From: Azolla caroliniana
Lineage: Eukaryota; Plantae; Polypodiophyta
Assembly (NCBI GenBank): GCA_043228905.1
Contig: JBHGNT010000022.1
Location: 6,758,001 to 6,822,000 of the forward strand
DNA length: 64,000 nucleotides
Direction: 5' to 3'
Below are positions 59,191 to 64,000 of this stretch, one piece after another (position 1 is the stretch's first letter; every line of letters begins with the position of its first letter). Position numbers and translations under genes: made by a program. Under the pieces are notes generated by a model. It made no database searches. It had not been told where the DNA came from and saw only the letters and a program-made list of their open reading frames with translations.

Positions 59191-62100
59191 AATCTGACCA
59201 CAACCGGTTCTAGACTCACGTACAAGATGTGCAAGAATTGAATCGATAGAAAACTAGAATACAAAAATACACACTTTGACTTACAGAGACACAATATGTT
59301 TTATGTGGAAACCCTAATAGGAAAAACCATGGGAGTCCCCCAACTCCAAATTGTTTCACTATGAAAGAGGAAATACAAGAAACTCACAGGCAGCAACCTC
59401 AACCTCGTCTTGTTCGTTTGATGATGGCTACAACAGAGATGCAACATCACTCTCTTGACAAATGTGGAGGCTCGTGCTTCACACATTATACTACACATGT
59501 TGCACCTAACTACAAAACCATATTCTTTGTGGAACAGGGAAATTGTACACATCGATACATGTTAGAGCCCATACCGTTATCTGCCATTCGAACCATTGCT
59601 TCCGTGCGACTTAGCTCACATGCATTGTGATGTGAAACAGGGCGTTGGGGCACAAGTGATGAGAGTGGTCGGCTATGCACACTTTTCCCTAAACAAATTC
59701 GCGAGTCTGAGTATCACACTTTGGTACAATGCTCTGCCTTTGATCATATTCGACCATCCTTTCCACATATCTTCGACCGAGCCCAATCTTTGCATGAATT
59801 CCTCTCACAACCACAATGTGCACTCTCGATTGCAACATTCATTGGTAAAGTTCTTGAACATCGAGAGTCACTACTCACTTTCACACGTATCATGTGAAAT
59901 GTAATATTTTTGGTCTCATAGGTCATATTTGACCTCTGAAGACGATAATATAATCTATCTAATCTATCTATCTCTCACGCTATCTCATTGTTACACAGTC
60001 TAGAGCACTCTACACTTACACCATGAATTATGTTCATAAAGTTTTGCCTTAGTTACCTTTATACTTAGATAACTTAGGACTATTTACAAAACTAACCTAT
60101 CTTCGCGCAACCCAAACATATTTACATATATATCCTTTTTCGGATGTCAATACGGACAATGATCCGGTTAGCGATCCGAATTCGGTCTCTCTTTTCCTTC
60201 GAATACTACTAACCCGACTCGTGCTCTCCTTCCCATCTAGAGGGAACTTGTTTCCCAACAAACTCCCCCTTCACTCAGGCATGGGGTGTTTCATCAACCC
60301 AACCCGACTTCGACACACATCTAGCCTCTCTGCTGACATCACCTACGTCAACATGTTCGACCCGTACCTTGTTGTGTGCACGTTCACCAGAGCTAACTCC
60401 TTTTCTTCTACTCGCTCCTAGAGCCAACGGTATCTCCTTAGGATGTGCTTGATCCTCGAGTAGTAGGTGGCATTCTTCAGAAGATGAATGACACTTTAGT
60501 TATCATAGTAGAGGCAAAATTCCTGCCGAATTCCCAATTCCCTGATAAACTCCTTCATCAAGATTATCTCCTTGTTGGCTTTTGCTTTTGCCACGTACTA
60601 GGCTTCCATGGTTGATGGTGCCATGGCCTTTTGCAACCTCGATTGCCACGAGACGGCTCCCCCTGCATAAGTCATTACATACCCAAACGTGGATTTGCCT
60701 GTATCTACATGAACCAACATGTACGAGTCGGTAAATCCTTCCAATAAGGTTTTACCTGAATCAAATCAGAGGCATATGCTCGAGGTGCCTTTCAGGTACC
60801 GAAGTATCCACTTCACTATTGCCCAATGCTCTTTGTCGGATTGCTCATGAATCGGTTGGTGAATTTAATAGCATATCCGATGTCCGACCTGGTGCAAACC
60901 ATCACATACATAATAAGGCTTTTGACTACTAAGGTGCAGGGAACCTTTGTCATCTCAGCCTTTTCCTCCTTTGTCTCCCGTACAACTGGTTGTTTGTAGG
61001 CGGTGTCGAACCGACCGGTTTCGCGTTTTGCATGCTGAATCTTTGGAGCACTTTTGTCATGTACTTTTCTTGTGACAACCACAATAGTCTCTTTGTCTGA
61101 TCCCGAACAATGTGCATCCCCAGGATTTTCCTTGAAGGACCCATATCCTTCATTGAGAATGACCTGCTCAAGGCCTTCTTCAGCATTCCGATCTTCATAT
61201 GGTCCTTTCCAACAATCAACATGTCATCTACGTACAACAGTAGTATGAGGAAATCTCCTCTGTCAAACTTCTTCACAAACACGTAGTGGTTGGCATGTGT
61301 CTTGTGGTACCCTTCGGCGGCCATGAAGGATTCGAACTTCGAGTATCACTGCCAGGGATCCTGCTTCAGTACGTATAGACTCTTCTTCAACCGAAATACC
61401 AGGTGGTCCTTTCCTTTCTCGACGAATCCTTCTGATTGTTGCATCTAGATTTCTTCTTCAAGATCACCATGTAGAAACATCATCTTGACGTCCAATTTTT
61501 CGACTTAGAGGTTCATGTTGGCTACTATGCTCCGTGCCATTCGGATGGATGTCATCTTTATTACCGCCATAAAGATCTCATTGAAATCCACTACTTTCTT
61601 CTGTTGGAAACCCTTCACAACAATTCGGGCCTTATACCTTTATGGATTTATGCCATCTCCCGGTTTTAGCTTGGATACCCACTTGTTTCGGAGTGCCCTA
61701 TTTCCTTTCAACAACTCTGTTAGCTCATACGTGTGGTTATAATGCAAGAAATCCATCTCATCCTACATGGCACTCAACCACTTTCTGTTGTAGGCCCACT
61801 TGTTTCGGAGTGCCCACTCGCTAAGTCTTTCCTCTTCTTCTTCTTCGTCGGATCTGACTCCGCGTCCGACTCCGATTCCCCACAGGTCTCCGACTAACCT
61901 GACTCCATGTCTGAATTCGATCAGCTCTCCATGTTCTTTAGTCATCTTTCTACTTTTGACTGGTCGAGAAGATGTGTTTGACTTCTCCTTATTCCAATCG
62001 ACAATAGTCTTCTCCTCCATGAAGACTATGTCTTGACTCTGAACGACCTTGTTGTTGGCTAAGTCCGATAGTTGATAGCCGAACTCGTCATCGTCATATC

Positions 62101-63860
62101 CAAGAAATATACATGGCCGAGTCATTGAGTCCAGCTTCCCCCTCTAGTCCTTTGCCACATGCACGTAGGCAAGGCAATCAAACACCCTCAAATGTCGGTA
62201 GGAGACGTCTTTGCTGGTCCACACCCTTTGTAGAATATCTCCGTCCAAGGGAGTTGAGGGTGATCTAATTATCATGTGCACCACCGTCATCAACGCCTTA
62301 GCCTAGAATGTCTTGGACAATTTAGCATGTGCTAACATACTTCAAACCCTCTCCATAATGGTTTGGTTCATCCTCTCGGCCAGCTCATTTAGTTCTAGCG
62401 TTTTCGGCATGGTATACTCGAGTCAGATTCCCTTCGACCGACAATATTGTTCGAACTATGGTCGGTATTCTCCACCATTATCTGCTCGGACCGCTTTCAG
62501 TTGTCGCCCGGTCTCTCATTGGGATCTCGCTTGGAACTCTTTGAAGACCGGCAATACCTGGTCCTTGGTCTTCAGGACGGAAGCCCACAACTTCCAACTA
62601 TAGTCTTCAATGAAGGTCACAAAATATTGTGAGCCGGCATGTGACTTAGTATCTACATAGCATATGTCTGTATGCACAAGTTCCAATGGCATTCTCTTTT
62701 TTGTTGGGGGCCTAGTTCGGAAAGTGGTTCTATTCTTTTTGTCAGCCAAGCAATCACTGCACTTCTCAAGTAGCACTTTCTTCAACTCCAAAATGAGTTC
62801 CTCATTGGAAAGTTTCTGCATCCCCTTCTTGCTCATGTGCCACAACTGACTGACATTGTCAGCTGCCACATTCACTTCTTCCCAACCTATCTGAGCATGT
62901 ATCAAATATAAGATTCAATCGAACTTTTGGAACATATCAGACATCCTTCAGCACTAGTTGGCACCAAGTCAACGTCACCAAACACACATCTCCTATGCCA
63001 AAAATTTGGCATGGTCCTTCATTCCCCATCTTCACAAAGCCTAGGTGTCCGGCTCTGTACAATGAGAAGCACATCCGGTAGGGGGTCCGGTGAAACGATG
63101 CTCTGGAGTCGACCACCCATGACAAATCATCGTCGACAAGATTCACTTCGTTCTGCTCGCGGATCAACAACAACTCCTCCTCACTTGTCACGATTGTTGA
63201 GGTGTTCTTCCTATCCGGAATCTTCTTCGGTTGAACATGGTCGGGTTTCCCTTTGTCTTTCTAGTAGTGTCGGCAATTTTTCTTGAAGTGCCTCGGCTTC
63301 CCACAATAGAAGCCCATGGTCCTTCCCCTTGACTTTGTCCTTGTCCTGACTTCTCCCGATTCAAGGAACTCCGATTCCGGCCTCTTCCCCAATTTGCGTC
63401 ACCTTCTGTGACTAAGGCCTTTGGGTCGGAAATTGCCTCTCTATCCTGCCGATGAGCTTCCTCATTTAGCAAGCTTGACTTTACCTTCTCTAGGGATAAC
63501 TGTTTCCCTTCTAGTCCGACATTACCCAGTGTGACAACAAGTGTCTCCCAATTGTTTGGAAGGGATCCCAACAATAATAATGCTAGTACTGTGTCAGCTA
63601 TAGGTACATCCAGAGAGGCGGTTTATTTTATCAGCCCTTGGAAGGAATTTAGATGCTCTGTCATGCTCGAGCCATCTTGATACCCGAGTCTCACTATTTT
63701 TCGGAACACTGAGACTCTATTAATGGCATTTTGTTTTCCAAACATAATGTCGATCTTCTCCCAAGGGACATCCACCTTGTTCTCTTCATTGAAGTAGTTC
63801 TAGAGGCTCATGTCTATGAAACATCTTATTATATGTTGCAACCTTCAGGTGCATGACTTC
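59191..63860 (-). mobile_element. Ty1/copia family B, degenerate gag-pol with 3' LTR (~59191-60260) interrupted by a LINE
   Basis: LGSLPNNWETLVV, WVVDSRASFH, LELVHTDIC, LYVDDMLI; PPT GAAGGGGGAG then TGTTGGGAAA on - strand; 59200-59400 matches the family B LTR. Confidence 0.92.
59395..59975 (+). mobile_element. RTEX-like LINE 3' fragment, same family as 43633-45072
   Basis: Near-collinear with 44518-45070; (CTAT)n tail. Confidence 0.88.
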
Positions 63861-63861
63861 C

Positions 63862-64000
63862 TGTAAAAGATATTGTGTGGAAGCTAAGACAAAACCGGCT
63901 AGTCCGGATAATAGAAAAACACAAAACAAAGGTTTAATGGAAACCTTGAATACACAATGAAACTCAATTCAAAATAATAACACTTTCTGCATACAAATGT
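63862..64000 (-). mobile_element. Probable LTR fragment at window end
   Basis: Family B gag stops abruptly at TGTAAAAG; the following sequence resembles family B-type U5 (GGAAACC, A-rich). Confidence 0.4.

Overview
Gene-free eukaryotic (land-plant) heterochromatin made almost entirely of nested retrotransposons. The element mix (Tcn1-like chromovirus, Phygy-like and Athila-like Ty3/gypsy, RTEX-like LINEs, TTTAGGG-type repeats) suggests a non-seed plant such as a moss; this is inference. Three Ty1/copia families (labelled A, B, C here) occur in several copies. They include one intact young element (16289-21817, 1344-aa ORF, near-identical 303-bp LTRs) and one full-length degenerate element (52524-58299, TSD CATAT). 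Also present: at least four Ty3/gypsy families, a non-autonomous LTR element, a hAT-type MITE and three LINE fragments. No host gene, rRNA, functional tRNA or CRISPR was seen. Main leads: (1) an ~1000-codon accessory ORF after integrase in an Athila-like family, conserved in a second divergent copy, with an NLS, LC8-type TQT motifs and a long coiled coil but no obvious transmembrane segment; (2) antisense tRNA-like A/B-box modules in the LTRs of two unrelated gypsy families; (3) a copia Pol extension starting at a duplicated PPT; (4) repair and recombination scars, including two telomere repeats inserted in an integrase, templated insertions, and an intact element whose two flanks come from different hosts. 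Coordinates were counted by eye and may be off by a few bases; lineage names are motif-based.
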